Source of the DNA: a virus
Strand: one strand, 5' to 3'
Virus genome (UHGV): UHGV-0098755
Length of the DNA stretch: 64,000 bases
Shown: in pieces, positions 41,202 through 51,257 of the stretch
Layout of the letters: every line of letters starts with the position of its first letter
Position numbering within the stretch: position 1 is the stretch's first letter
Notes under the pieces: generated by a model
The model's database searches: none
Told to the model about the DNA's origin: nothing
The model's input: the letters and a program-made list of their open reading frames with translations, nothing else
Made by a program: the position numbers and the translations under genes

Positions 41202-41261
41202 ATTAATTTCCTCTAAATTATTTTCTACTCCAAGGCCGCATGAATACACACGGCCATTAAA

Positions 41262-41477
41262 TTAATCATCGCAGTCGACGCTTAATTCCCAGAACTCTTC
41301 TACAGTATAAGTTTCAGTATCATTTTCAATACAGAAACGTTCATTACTATTATTTGCTAAAGTAGCATTAACTGTCGGTTTCTCGCTAGTGCTCTTAAGA
41401 GGTGAAATACGAATTAACTGATCACCGTTATCTAAACAAAAAATTTCACCAACTTTTACATCTTTAAAACTTTTCAT
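41262..41477 (-). CDS. hypothetical protein (71 aa), ndd.x
   Basis: ORF track. Confidence 0.55.
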   Translation of the reverse strand: MKSFKDVKVGEIFCLDNGDQLIRISPLKSTSEKPTVNATLANNSNERFCIENDTETYTVEEFWELSVDCDD

Positions 41478-41592
41478 AATTCACCTCAGGGAGTATAAAA
41501 TCCAAATGCAGTTGTTGACCATCCCATCCAATATGGAAAATTTGCGCCAATGTAAAACATAAGAATATAAAACCAAATGTTTAGTAAATTCA

Positions 41593-41790
41593 TCATTTTA
41601 CACCATTCCAAATTGTTTCAACTACGGATTTTAAACCATTTTGATGAATATCAATTCCGACTACTGTCATCAAATAGATTCCAACCACAACTGAACCCAA
41701 GGCAAAAATCAGCATGAAAATGAATAAAGCTGGAAAAATATTATCGAAAAACCATTCCATAAATGTAAAAGCACTGCGTTTACGCTTCAT
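41593..41790 (-). CDS. small membrane protein (65 aa from ATG at 41790)
   Basis: Hydrophobic core FPALFIFMLIFALGSVVVGIYLMTVVGI; GAGGAAAA Shine-Dalgarno. Confidence 0.5.
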   Translation of the reverse strand: MKRKRSAFTFMEWFFDNIFPALFIFMLIFALGSVVVGIYLMTVVGIDIHQNGLKSVVETIWNGVK

Positions 41791-41797
41791 ATTTTCC

Positions 41798-41911
41798 TCA
41801 CATAAATCCAAAGTAAGCGTTTAATACATCAATCATTAAAACGATTGGGAATATACTCAAAACTACTAGTATTATAACTACATTCCATATAGCTTTAACA
41901 ATCTTTTTCAT
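41798..41911 (-). CDS. small membrane peptide (37 aa from ATG at 41911)
   Basis: MKKIVKAIWNVVIILVVLSIFPIVLMIDVLNAYFGFM; GGAGGAACAGAA Shine-Dalgarno; the track's 69-aa version reads through the promoter. Confidence 0.45.
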   Translation of the reverse strand: MKKIVKAIWNVVIILVVLSIFPIVLMIDVLNAYFGFM

Positions 41912-41938
41912 TTCTGTTCCTCCGTAGTTGATAGGGTA

Positions 41939-41968
41939 ATAATACCACAGAGGAACAGTCTTGTAAAC
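41939..41968 (-). promoter_or_regulatory. putative early promoter (-35 GTTTAC, 18-nt spacer, -10 TATTAT)
   Basis: gtaaac at 41963-41968, ataata at 41939-41944. Confidence 0.45.
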
Positions 41969-42153
41969 AACTTTTTTAAAAATATTCGTAATAAATGTGA
42001 ATACCAACTACTACTGCTGAAACTTGTACAACCCACCATGCACAAGCAATAAGTACAGAATTCAAAATTTTCATAATAACCTCATCACAAAAGTAAATGT
42101 TAAACAAATTACTGGAATACTAATTAACCAAACAAAACACCACCATAATGAAC

Positions 42154-42426
42154 TCATAGTTCAATCTCAGCGATTTTCATTTCATTACTATTAATAGCCG
42201 CTTTAAGACTATCTGAAAGAATTACATTCCAGTGGTCATTCATATGACCATTGACTAAGCGTGTAATTTCTTCGGGAGTTGAAAAATAAGGCGTATCAGA
42301 CTCCCAGTGCGATAGTCCCAAGCGAGTATAAATCATACCTTCATCATCGCTAGAATATTCAACTGACACAAACTCATCAGTTATTTTATGTTTAGCGTAA
42401 TAAAATTTAAATTTCATTTTACTCAA
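42154..42426 (-). CDS. hypothetical protein (90 aa)
   Basis: ORF track. Confidence 0.55.
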   Translation of the reverse strand: MSKMKFKFYYAKHKITDEFVSVEYSSDDEGMIYTRLGLSHWESDTPYFSTPEEITRLVNGHMNDHWNVILSDSLKAAINSNEMKIAEIEL

Positions 42427-42629
42427 TAATCCGCTAAAAGATCGACGATTGCATCACGAAGACACTTATTCGCAATACGTTTAAGAGCAATTTCAGTTTC
42501 TGGGGCATTTTGAATAATCATTGAATTCAATTCAGCCTCAGCAAACTGAAGTTCTTTAACTAATTCAGCTTTATATTTTCCTTGTCCTTTCTTAGCTTTT
42601 GCTCGTTTTAGTTCAGCTGTAGTAAACAT
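42423..42629 (-). CDS. hypothetical protein (68 aa from ATG at 42629)
   Basis: GGAGAATAAA Shine-Dalgarno before MFTTAELKRAKAKKG...; the track's 102-aa version reads through the upstream promoter. Confidence 0.55.
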   Translation of the reverse strand: MFTTAELKRAKAKKGQGKYKAELVKELQFAEAELNSMIIQNAPETEIALKRIANKCLRDAIVDLLADY

Positions 42630-42663
42630 TTTATTCTCCAAATCTGTATCAGTTGATAGTTGT

Positions 42664-42693
42664 ATAGTACCACAGTCCTTGTGGTATGTAAAC
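42664..42693 (-). promoter_or_regulatory. putative early promoter (-35 GTTTAC, 18-nt spacer, -10 TACTAT), spacer palindrome CCACAAGGACUGUGG
   Basis: gtaaac at 42688-42693, atagta at 42664-42669. Confidence 0.5.
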
Positions 42694-42712
42694 CGTTTTG
42701 TGAAAAATTTTT

Positions 42713-43270
42713 TTAAATGGAAAGATACCATCCGTTGTAGTTGCTTTTTCTTACAACCTTACGAAGGTCTTCTCTATCACCGATGAACTTCGGAGTGTAC
42801 TGGATGACACCTGGATAAATTTCTTTAGTGTTGAATATAATTATACAGTCAGCGACTTGATGATTCAGAATGGGCCCTAGATTTATTCCAGAACCGTATG
42901 GATACTCTCCGCTGCATCCTGTTGTTACAGAAATCCAACGTGAGTCAGTTTGGTGTGTCTTAACTTCTACACGAAGCCCGCAGTATCTTGGATGCGCCAA
43001 TACATCCCATGCGTATGTATACGGGTCATTAACATCCTCTTGGCCTTTGTTAACATACCCGCTTAGCCAATCTGCTACAAAAAACTCTGCATACACAGCG
43101 ATACGGCATCTTTCGATGACTTCTGCTTTATCCTGATTTGGATTTTGTTTTAAAGAGTATCTTGCTGTATCAGCAATTTTGACCTTCATTTCACTAGTCA
43201 AGTCATTGTTCGACATGGTAAATGCCGGAATCTGAAACAGTCTCTGTAAACCCGGATTCGTTTTCTGCAT
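42713..43270 (-). CDS. denB: endonuclease IV
   Basis: 185 aa, position between ndd.x genes and rIIB as in T4. Confidence 0.8.
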   Translation of the reverse strand: MQKTNPGLQRLFQIPAFTMSNNDLTSEMKVKIADTARYSLKQNPNQDKAEVIERCRIAVYAEFFVADWLSGYVNKGQEDVNDPYTYAWDVLAHPRYCGLRVEVKTHQTDSRWISVTTGCSGEYPYGSGINLGPILNHQVADCIIIFNTKEIYPGVIQYTPKFIGDREDLRKVVRKSNYNGWYLSI

Positions 43271-43327
43271 TGAACTTTCCTTTTACGTCGGAATCACTGA
43301 TATTCATACAATAAATCATAGTTTCCC

Positions 43328-43352
43328 TTAAAACAAAAGGGCCGAAGCCCTT
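43328..43352 (-). terminator. terminator-like UUCG hairpin (AAGGGC-UUCG-GCCCUU) followed by a U-rich tract
   Basis: Hairpin 43337-43352 immediately after stop at 43356. Confidence 0.5.
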
Positions 43353-43355
43353 ATT

Positions 43356-43550
43356 TTATTTGAATTGCGCAATTCTTTTTTCTAAACAATCTGCGTAAGA
43401 TTTCATTGAGATGAACTGTGAAAGCAGTAATTCTTGTTCAACTTCATTAATCGTTAGAAACTTTGTGCTTTCTAAAAATTTGCTCAGTGCATTAATTTTG
43501 AGCATTAATTGATCGTATTCTTCTTTTACTCGTGCTTGATAACCTAACAT
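43356..43550 (-). CDS. hypothetical protein (64 aa)
   Basis: ORF track. Confidence 0.55.
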   Translation of the reverse strand: MLGYQARVKEEYDQLMLKINALSKFLESTKFLTINEVEQELLLSQFISMKSYADCLEKRIAQFK

Positions 43551-43564
43551 AATTTTCCTTAGTT

Positions 43565-43580
43565 AAGGGCCGAAGCCCTT
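43565..43580 (-). terminator. UUCG hairpin (AAGGGC-UUCG-GCCCUU) overlapping the rIIB stop
   Basis: Same hairpin sequence as at 43337-43352. Confidence 0.4.
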
Positions 43581-44517
43581 ATTTAAATTGTTCAGTAACG
43601 TCTTCAACTACTTCGTATTGGCAGGTACGCATTTTAGCATCGTTGTAATCAATCGGAATTGATACTACATCACGCGGATGCACTTTAACTTTTACAACTC
43701 GACTGGTTGAACTGCCAAAGTGACGAATATAAGATTTAGAACACACATGCAGACCACGAGAACAAGTTTGTGTATCATCGTCATTCACACGAGTACGTGG
43801 CATTTTAACTACTTTACCCGGACTGTTATCAAAGGTGTTTGAGTGACAGTCAAAGTAGTTGTCACGAACTACTTTCCAAGCATAGAAGTAACCATCTTCG
43901 GTGATTTCAATATCGTTTGCTACCAAGAAATCAAAGAGTCGAGATACCGCTTTTTGGCTTGGGTTTTCCAACAGATTTTCCAAGAACGGAAAATAAAATT
44001 CAAAGTTTTCACCTTTTTCCATCGAATCGAGAATACGATCAACTAAACCAGACCGCAATTCAATATTTTGATAGAACAAGCTTCCACCTTCAATTCGAAC
44101 ATCACCAGAAATATATTTTTCAACAGCGCGACGAACATTAATTTTTTGCGCAGCTTCTTCCAACTTATCTGCTACAAGCAGATTAAGAATTTCCTGGAAG
44201 TTTGAATGAGTATTAGGAGTTGCGTTATAAGTTACACCGTCAACAGTAATTGAAATGAATTTTTTAGATGCATTCCAAATAATATCAGATTTAGCAACTG
44301 GAGCAATAACTGCATCGCTATTAACTTTAACTGTAATATCACCGCTAATAGTAACTTTGGAACGCTCAGCTTCTTCAGCATTTTTCAAAACACGACGGAT
44401 GGTGTCAACCGATACACCTTGCCAATCAGCCAATTCCTGCTGAGTATAATTACCACTTGAATACAGTTTAACAATTTCAGCTTGTTCGTTTTTGGTCAGG
44501 CATTTAATATTGTACAT
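43579..44517 (-). CDS. rIIB: rIIB membrane-associated protein
   Basis: 312 aa, MYNIKCLTKNEQAEIVKLYSSGNYTQQELADWQG... Confidence 0.95.
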   Translation of the reverse strand: MYNIKCLTKNEQAEIVKLYSSGNYTQQELADWQGVSVDTIRRVLKNAEEAERSKVTISGDITVKVNSDAVIAPVAKSDIIWNASKKFISITVDGVTYNATPNTHSNFQEILNLLVADKLEEAAQKINVRRAVEKYISGDVRIEGGSLFYQNIELRSGLVDRILDSMEKGENFEFYFPFLENLLENPSQKAVSRLFDFLVANDIEITEDGYFYAWKVVRDNYFDCHSNTFDNSPGKVVKMPRTRVNDDDTQTCSRGLHVCSKSYIRHFGSSTSRVVKVKVHPRDVVSIPIDYNDAKMRTCQYEVVEDVTEQFK

Positions 44518-44528
44518 AATTTTCCTTA

Positions 44529-46706
44529 TTAGGCCGCAAGGGCCTTCATAGTTTTAGCGATTTGAGAAACTTCATCATCACTTAAAGAGTTGCGATAACC
44601 GATGAAGTCGGAAACAATACGGAATTTCTTGGTAAACTCAGCAACCATTTTATCACTGTTTTTTGAAGCATTACGTGATAATTCATCAAAAAGATTAGTT
44701 ACTGTCCAGATGTCATGACCGATGGTACCTTTTCCACCGTTGAAATATATACCCTGCAATGAACTAACCATATTACCAAGGCGAGTATATTCTTCGGAAA
44801 CTTCATCTACACTGAAGTACTTCATCATAAAATCTAGTTCAGGATACTTAATAATTTTATCAATATATCGTTTAGCTGAACTTGAATAACCTACATACTT
44901 ATCATAATCTACATCATCAAAAGCATCTACATATAAATCACGCAAAGTTTCAAAAATACATTGGCACTGACCAAGTTCTTTTACCTTTTTCTGCAAAAGC
45001 GGACGAATAACATAAAATTCATTAATGCCAATAAGATTAGCCATACGAATCAAAATATTCGTAGATGGATGACAAAGCGATGTAGTGCCATCCATAGAGA
45101 AAATATCAGAACGATGCATGTATGCTACATAACCAGTAATTTCATCTGCTTCTGACGTAAGTGTAAACAGTTCCTCTTTTTCCCAGCGCCCGTCTTTAAT
45201 TTCAAACTTAAACGCAGTAGCAGCTTTAGGACGAGGAGCTTTACTTTTAACTGCCTTCGGAATATAACTTTTAACTAAAGCTTCAATTTCTGACAAATAA
45301 TGAATGTTAACTTCATCACTTTCAAACATTGCCATAATATCAGGGAGTAAATCAATCTGCGATTCTACTTCCGGATTAATAAACAGAAGACGCTCATTAT
45401 GATGAATATTCAAAGTGTTATTAAATTCACTATCATCTAACGCATGTGCTAATCCACGGACAATATTAACACGATTTTTAATATTATCAATAACGATATT
45501 AATTTTTGTTGTATTAATGCCAAACAGACGATAACTTGATGCAATGGCTGAAGTTTCATGGCTTTGCTTAATGCGTTTCAGTCGAGGGTCAAGATTTACT
45601 TCATACACAACCCCTGCATTACATAACTTACTGTCAGGTTCAAACATGCTCTGCATCTTCTTATATGACAGATTTTTAGTCGTGAATTTGACTGAATTGC
45701 TAATCATATAATCTCGAGCAGAATATCCCATCTTCATCAATTCACGGTATGTATGACGAGGAGATGTAGATTCTTTAAATCGTTTTACATCTTCATTAAA
45801 TGCTTTCTCACTGAGCTCTTTAACACGCTCAATAATATTTTTACGAGTACGATCATCTAATGAAAGAGCTTCGCGTGATGGAGCAATATCAAGTGAACCC
45901 ATTGGAAACTTAATGTAATTCACTTCATTGCGGATGCTTAACCAGTTACGATCTCTAATAACACCATCAATAGGATAAACAATGCCGCCATAGATAGCAT
46001 ACAATCCACCGCGATCAGGCCAGTATCTTTCTGGATTTACGCCGTAATAGTCATCAAAATCCGGAAAATAATCAATTTCGCGGTCAAGACCATTAATGAT
46101 AGCCAAATCTTTGAACGGTCGCATGATATAAGAAACTTCATAAGCAAAGTTTCTAAAGTCTTTTTCTTCAACTGGAACTACGATTTCAATACCAGTTTTA
46201 TCATCTGGACCCATTTCTTTTACGAATGTAGGTTTAATCTGCGGACCGTCACCATCCATGTAAGCTACATAACCACGAATTTCGCCTTTATGATATGAAG
46301 TAATACTAAATGTATCAGTATAACTAAACGGAGATTTAGAACCTAAACCAAATCCACCAATGAAATCGTTAGATTCAGCCTTGGATGAACTAAAGTATGA
46401 ATTATACAACCCAGGAGAATTATCATCACCCTGAATATCAAAATCGCTCATACCTGGACCAAAATCACGACAAACAAATCGCGGGTCTAATCGTCCGGGA
46501 ACTTGAATGATAAATTTTTCAGGATTTCCATTGAGAGCATGGGCATCAATCATATTAGTAATCAATTCACGGACTACTGCGCGAATCTTGTTTGTATACA
46601 AATCAGATGATAGAATTTTAAATACTTTAGGAGATGCTGTGATGCTAAATGCTTTTGATTTAGAACCATTACCAAGAATTGTTTCTTTTTCAGTGGTGAT
46701 AATCAT
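44529..46706 (-). CDS. rIIA: rIIA protein (GHKL-type ATPase fold)
   Basis: 725 aa, [30 protein letters not shown]... Confidence 0.95.
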   Translation of the reverse strand: MIITTEKETILGNGSKSKAFSITASPKVFKILSSDLYTNKIRAVVRELITNMIDAHALNGNPEKFIIQVPGRLDPRFVCRDFGPGMSDFDIQGDDNSPGLYNSYFSSSKAESNDFIGGFGLGSKSPFSYTDTFSITSYHKGEIRGYVAYMDGDGPQIKPTFVKEMGPDDKTGIEIVVPVEEKDFRNFAYEVSYIMRPFKDLAIINGLDREIDYFPDFDDYYGVNPERYWPDRGGLYAIYGGIVYPIDGVIRDRNWLSIRNEVNYIKFPMGSLDIAPSREALSLDDRTRKNIIERVKELSEKAFNEDVKRFKESTSPRHTYRELMKMGYSARDYMISNSVKFTTKNLSYKKMQSMFEPDSKLCNAGVVYEVNLDPRLKRIKQSHETSAIASSYRLFGINTTKINIVIDNIKNRVNIVRGLAHALDDSEFNNTLNIHHNERLLFINPEVESQIDLLPDIMAMFESDEVNIHYLSEIEALVKSYIPKAVKSKAPRPKAATAFKFEIKDGRWEKEELFTLTSEADEITGYVAYMHRSDIFSMDGTTSLCHPSTNILIRMANLIGINEFYVIRPLLQKKVKELGQCQCIFETLRDLYVDAFDDVDYDKYVGYSSSAKRYIDKIIKYPELDFMMKYFSVDEVSEEYTRLGNMVSSLQGIYFNGGKGTIGHDIWTVTNLFDELSRNASKNSDKMVAEFTKKFRIVSDFIGYRNSLSDDEVSQIAKTMKALAA

Positions 46707-46716
46707 AATTTCCTCA

Positions 46717-46920
46717 TTAATTCATATTGCGTTTAATAACTTCAGCAACTTCTAGTAGTTCATCTTTAGTTGCAGTGTCGGATTGAATTTTATCTCTAAT
46801 ATCCTTAAAGCGGTTTTTAAACTCTTCGGCTTCTCCCATATCGAAAAAGCGTTGAATGATTCTATATTCTCGATGAACTGCTTTATCAAAAAGTTCTAAA
46901 TTTACTCTATATGATTTCAT
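46717..46920 (-). CDS. hypothetical protein (67 aa), rIIA.1-like
   Basis: ORF track; downstream of a strong early promoter. Confidence 0.6.
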   Translation of the reverse strand: MKSYRVNLELFDKAVHREYRIIQRFFDMGEAEEFKNRFKDIRDKIQSDTATKDELLEVAEVIKRNMN

Positions 46921-46945
46921 TTCAATATCCTCATTTGCCCAATTA

Positions 46946-46975
46946 ATTATACCACATCCTTGTGGTAAAGTAAAC
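46946..46975 (-). promoter_or_regulatory. early promoter (-35 GTTTAC, 18-nt spacer, extended -10 TGGTATAAT)
   Basis: gtaaac at 46970-46975, attata at 46946-46951; spacer palindrome CCACAAGGAUGUGG. Confidence 0.55.
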
Positions 46976-48792
46976 TATTGGCTCATCCATTCTTTACGAA
47001 GGTCAGCATTATCTCCCATGAGCATTTCAAAAAGTTCTTTCCAATTCTCAGGAAGTTTAACAACATCATATACTGGATTTTGAATCATCTCACGATATTC
47101 AGATTTTTCCAAAGAGCCAAGTCCCTTAATATAACGGATGTTATGTTTAGGTAGAGCATCTTTGGCACTCTCATATTCAGCGACTGTATAAAACCATTCT
47201 TGTTTTTTACCGACCTGAGCGATGATTACAGGAGTTTTGACAAAGCGAATTCTTCCTTGTTCAAACAGTTCTGGCCAATTACTGAAAAATCCGAGCAGAG
47301 AAGGATAAATGCTTCCTAGACCATCGTGGTCAGCGTCAGTCATAATAGCAATATTATGATAATTCAAGTTTTCGGCTTTTTCACCAAGAACTAATCCAGT
47401 GATTGCGCAAATATCAAACAGTTCTTTGTTTTTAAGCATATCAGCATATGACATACCCCAACTGTTGAGAACTTTACCACGTAATGGATAACCACCATGA
47501 AGTTCTTTATCACGAACATCAATAAGATATCCAATAGCAGAATCACCCTCAGTCAAGAAAAGAGTAGTATCAGCATCTTTACCACAAAGATTCGCTTTGA
47601 TATGTTTATGAACCTTAGCTTTAGAAGCCTTTTTAGCTGCTTTAGTTTCTGCTGCTTTTTCTGCCGCCAATTTACGAGCTAATGCTGCTTCAATAATCGG
47701 CATCAAAATCGCTTCATTATTCAAAATAGCACGTGAAATCTTTTTAGCATCAAGTTGAATATGACTACGGATTTCACCAAAAGGAGAAGTAAGTCGTTCT
47801 TTAGTTTGAGAATCAAATCGCATGTTTTTCATATCACGAACAAACATAACGATAGTCAAACATTCTTTAACGCGTGCTTTAGTTACATCAATTTTGAACT
47901 TGCGTTTGATTTGTGGAATAAGGTCTTCACAAATATCATCCATAACACAGTCAATGTGATGGCCACCATTCTTAGTATGAATGTTATTGACGTACGTCAA
48001 CTGACGAAAACCATCCGGTGAACGACCAACCGCAATAGAACAGTTTTCTTGTTCTTGAACGATAGCATGTTCATCATATTGGCGTGCATATTTCTTAAAA
48101 TTACCCTGAACCTTTTTACCATTAAAGGTAAATTGAATATCAGGATAAACTACTGCAAGTGTCTGGAGACGATCCAGTGTAATGTCAAGATAAACTTGGG
48201 ACAACTCATTAGTTTCAAATGACATAAAATCAGGAATGAAAGTAACACGAGTTCCTTTCCATTTTCCAGGAATATCTTCCCATGATTTATTTTCCATGCC
48301 ATTTGAACAACGAACTACAATATTATTTTGACCATCACCAGTTTCACCGACAAACATCACAGAAAAAATGTTTGTCAAACTAGAACCAACACCATTCATA
48401 CCGCCAGTGACGCGTTCTTTATCATCACCGAAGTTACCACCTGCTTTTGGAATAGTCCATGCAGCAACAGGACCAGGAATTTCTTCACCGGTAGGTGTTT
48501 TAACCATAGCCTGTGGAATACCGCGACCGTTATCTTCAACTGTTACTTGATTGTTTTTAATAGTAACATTAATTTTATTTGCGAATTTAAACTTAGTACG
48601 AATACCTTCATCTACTGAGTTATCGATAATTTCATCAATAAGCTTAACAAGACCAGGTACATACTGAACACTTTCCCATTTACCAAACAGAAAGCGCTCA
48701 TGCATTTCATTAGCTGAAGAGCCAATGTACATGCCGCTACGCTTTTTGATATGTTCAATATCGCTCAGAATTTTAATTTCATTCTTAATCAT
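46975..48792 (-). CDS. 39: DNA topoisomerase II large subunit gp39, unsplit (ATPase plus C-terminal region in one ORF)
   Basis: 605 aa from ATG at 48792 (MIKNEIKILSDIEHIKKRSGMYIGS...); continuous through the region that is gene 60 in T4. Confidence 0.95.
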   Translation of the reverse strand: MIKNEIKILSDIEHIKKRSGMYIGSSANEMHERFLFGKWESVQYVPGLVKLIDEIIDNSVDEGIRTKFKFANKINVTIKNNQVTVEDNGRGIPQAMVKTPTGEEIPGPVAAWTIPKAGGNFGDDKERVTGGMNGVGSSLTNIFSVMFVGETGDGQNNIVVRCSNGMENKSWEDIPGKWKGTRVTFIPDFMSFETNELSQVYLDITLDRLQTLAVVYPDIQFTFNGKKVQGNFKKYARQYDEHAIVQEQENCSIAVGRSPDGFRQLTYVNNIHTKNGGHHIDCVMDDICEDLIPQIKRKFKIDVTKARVKECLTIVMFVRDMKNMRFDSQTKERLTSPFGEIRSHIQLDAKKISRAILNNEAILMPIIEAALARKLAAEKAAETKAAKKASKAKVHKHIKANLCGKDADTTLFLTEGDSAIGYLIDVRDKELHGGYPLRGKVLNSWGMSYADMLKNKELFDICAITGLVLGEKAENLNYHNIAIMTDADHDGLGSIYPSLLGFFSNWPELFEQGRIRFVKTPVIIAQVGKKQEWFYTVAEYESAKDALPKHNIRYIKGLGSLEKSEYREMIQNPVYDVVKLPENWKELFEMLMGDNADLRKEWMSQ

Positions 48793-48844
48793 CACTTATC
48801 CTCGTTTGGTTTCGGGAATATTATACTCCAATAATCATAAAGCT

Positions 48845-48862
48845 AAAGGCCCGAAGGCCTTT
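48845..48862 (-). terminator. UUCG hairpin (AAAGGCC-UUCG-GGCCUUU) after the lipoprotein gene
   Basis: Inverted repeat abutting stop at 48862. Confidence 0.4.
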
Positions 48863-49131
48863 TATTTAAAACGAATAGTCGAATCCTTGAAGAATAGTCC
48901 AGAACATACTGTTCCTTCTACTTTCTGCCCAGTAGGTCCAATAGCACGAAATCCAGTATGCTGGAAATCATTTTCAGAGCAACCGAACCAATTATATCCA
49001 GTGATTTCAATATTAGTAAAACCACTTGAAGACAAAACTTTGGTTGCATTATCAGCATCAGTACATCCTATTAAAGACACTGCTAATACTAATGCTGCAA
49101 TAGAACGATTAATATATTTCATAATTTTCAC
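48862..49131 (-). CDS. putative lipoprotein (89 aa)
   Basis: Signal peptide with lipobox LIGC (MKIMKYINRSIAALVLAVSLIGCTD). Confidence 0.6.
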   Translation of the reverse strand: MKIMKYINRSIAALVLAVSLIGCTDADNATKVLSSSGFTNIEITGYNWFGCSENDFQHTGFRAIGPTGQKVEGTVCSGLFFKDSTIRFK

Positions 49132-49499
49132 TTAAATTTAATGGCTTGAAGAAGACTAATAACTCTCAAGCGGCTTCTTTCATCTTTAACTGTAAAGGAA
49201 AGAGGGTCACCAGATTTCATAGTGATAGTGCATTCAAAATCAAAATTTTCGGGAACTTCTTCGAAGAAGTCAAATTCTTCAGCATAAATTAGAACATTAC
49301 TCTGAAAACTGTGAAGAATTTTTCCGTCATTTCCAGATGCTGTACTAATCATCGTAACATTATGACCTTTCATATCTTCAACGATAAATTCGCTTGTAGA
49401 TATTACAGCATTAATAGAACCATTCCTATAAATAGCAGACATTAGATATTTCTTTTCTTCGCCTTCGCGAATACGATATTTCTTACCGATTTTAAACAT
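49128..49499 (-). CDS. hypothetical protein (about 123 aa from ATG at 49499)
   Basis: The track ORF starts at GTG 49505; ATG two codons downstream follows an AAGGGTG Shine-Dalgarno. Confidence 0.55.
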   Translation of the reverse strand: MFKIGKKYRIREGEEKKYLMSAIYRNGSINAVISTSEFIVEDMKGHNVTMISTASGNDGKILHSFQSNVLIYAEEFDFFEEVPENFDFECTITMKSGDPLSFTVKDERSRLRVISLLQAIKFK

Positions 49500-49501
49500 A
49501 A

Positions 49502-49678
49502 TCACCCTTTAAGTAAGTCGTAAAATCCACCATTCACATGCTTAGGAGCGGAAACTAACCGAATAGCAATCCGATGACAATCAGGACATACATCAGTATC
49601 CCTTTCAGAAATTTTCTTGATTTTTTCGTATTCTTTTGCGCAGTCTTTGGATTGACATTTATAATCATAAAGAGGCAT
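49502..49678 (-). CDS. zinc-ribbon protein (58 aa), below ORF-track cut-off
   Basis: MPLYDYKCQSKDCAKEYEKIKKISERDTDVCPDCHR... two CxxC pairs; stop overlaps the next start (ATGA). Confidence 0.55.
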   Translation of the reverse strand: MPLYDYKCQSKDCAKEYEKIKKISERDTDVCPDCHRIAIRLVSAPKHVNGGFYDLLKG

Positions 49679-49680
49679 AA

Positions 49681-50100
49681 TTATTCCTTAAAGTGAGCTT
49701 TCAACATCTGATACAATGACCATGCCTGTTCATTATTTTCAATAGTAACTTTCATTACCGGGAATTCTGTGAAATCTTCTATTTGTTCTTGCTCTTCCTG
49801 CTCTTGTTCTTCAGCAGCCTGATATGGATTTTCAACTTCATCAAAGAACCCAGCTTCGTTAGTAGAGAGCCAGATAAAGTTTTCGTCAAGGATATCACCG
49901 CCGGCACAACGTTTGAGTACACCTATGGATGTCATAATTTTAGTAGGACGCCCAAGATAATCAGCATCTAAAATTTTAAAAGGCTCCATACCTAAACGTC
50001 GTGCATAGATTCCGTTATCAGTATGGTCTTTAATAAAATTTTCTTGAGCTTGTTTATTTTTAAATTGATACCATTTATTAACTTCAAATTTAATAGCCAT
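49681..50100 (-). CDS. hypothetical protein (139 aa), possibly goF-like by position
   Basis: ORF track; acidic [10 protein letters not shown] stretch. Confidence 0.6.
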   Translation of the reverse strand: MAIKFEVNKWYQFKNKQAQENFIKDHTDNGIYARRLGMEPFKILDADYLGRPTKIMTSIGVLKRCAGGDILDENFIWLSTNEAGFFDEVENPYQAAEEQEQEEQEQIEDFTEFPVMKVTIENNEQAWSLYQMLKAHFKE

Positions 50101-50315
50101 TAATAAATTTCCTTCCAGTAAGTTGTGCCGTCTTCAGTAATTTCACGAAATACACCGTAAATTGGCTGTTTATCACCGACTTTCTCATACACATAAACCG
50201 AAGTCAAGTGAGTAAACTTGCTAGTGTGTTCCTTTTGAACTACTACCAAATTTGGATCAAATAATACATCTTCAAATTCGTCATTAGTGCAATTCTGAAC
50301 AATTTTACGTTTCAT
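50100..50315 (-). CDS. hypothetical protein (71 aa)
   Basis: ORF track. Confidence 0.55.
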   Translation of the reverse strand: MKRKIVQNCTNDEFEDVLFDPNLVVVQKEHTSKFTHLTSVYVYEKVGDKQPIYGVFREITEDGTTYWKEIY

Positions 50316-50328
50316 TACAATTTCCTCA

Positions 50329-50607
50329 TTAATTGAACAGTGGAGCGATACGTTTCAGAAGAGTAGCAGCACCTTTGGCGAATTTTACATCATGAAAAAC
50401 AGTTTCTTCTGTAACAACTCGAGCTTTAATATTTTCACAATCCCAATTTTTACGAACAATCTTCAAAAGCTGCAGTAAATCTTTACATTCAGCAATATCG
50501 ATAACACATCCACGAGAATCTTCCATTATCGCACGATAACCGTAAGCCATACCATAATCGTTGAAAGATTGCTCGATGATAATTAAGTTTTCCATTTTAT
50601 TCTCCAA
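50329..50607 (-). CDS. hypothetical protein (92 aa)
   Basis: ORF track; downstream of a palindromic promoter/leader module. Confidence 0.55.
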   Translation of the reverse strand: MENKMENLIIIEQSFNDYGMAYGYRAIMEDSRGCVIDIAECKDLLQLLKIVRKNWDCENIKARVVTEETVFHDVKFAKGAATLLKRIAPLFN

Positions 50608-50692
50608 GTTATTTTCTGTATCAGTAGTTGATATTGATATAGTACCATAATCAACTACTGATGTATATAGTTTTATGAAAAAAATTTAAACT

Positions 50693-51181
50693 TTATGCAT
50701 AGAGAGCATTGCTATAGTGTTTAATCCAACTTTCAGGAATGACTTTGTATGTTCCTAAAAATACCACATTGTACAGCTTAACACCATCTTCTACCCATTG
50801 ATCGGTAATGTATCCACACATAGCACGAGTATAAACAACCCTTCCATCGTCTTTGATAAAGTTAAATTCACAAGGAGCAATGAACTTAATAGCTTGACCG
50901 AGTTTCCACTTAAAGTCTACACCTACATGCGAAGTATCAATCGTTTCAATTCCTTTAGCAGGAACAGCTTTCAAAAACGCAGATTCAAGAAATTTCGCAC
51001 GAACATAGCCAAACTGGGGTTTAGACTTTCCATCTTTAGGAATGATACGCACTTTTACTTCAGAATCTTCATCTTTAACACCGTGTTTAAGCTGAATGCT
51101 TACAATTTCGACCAATTTTCCTGCTGCTTTAGAACGGGATTTATCAGATACACGAGCTAATTCACCAATATTAATAATCAT
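50693..51181 (-). CDS. motB: MotB-like protein (162 aa)
   Basis: Size and position upstream of dexA as in T4; C-terminal GYITDQWVEDGVKLYNVV shared with the next ORF. Confidence 0.6.
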   Translation of the reverse strand: MIINIGELARVSDKSRSKAAGKLVEIVSIQLKHGVKDEDSEVKVRIIPKDGKSKPQFGYVRAKFLESAFLKAVPAKGIETIDTSHVGVDFKWKLGQAIKFIAPCEFNFIKDDGRVVYTRAMCGYITDQWVEDGVKLYNVVFLGTYKVIPESWIKHYSNALYA

Positions 51182-51257
51182 AGTTATCTCTCACTTGTTA
51201 AAAAGATTTTATACTTCACGGGACCATTATACTCTGGTCCCAAGAGTTTGTAAACTA

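Noticed and set aside
44531-44546. GGCC-GCAAG-GGCC hairpin near the rIIA/rIIB junction as a terminator
   Set aside because: It lies within the last codons of rIIA, only 11 nt before the rIIB start, with no U-tract; more likely incidental or a minor RNA structure
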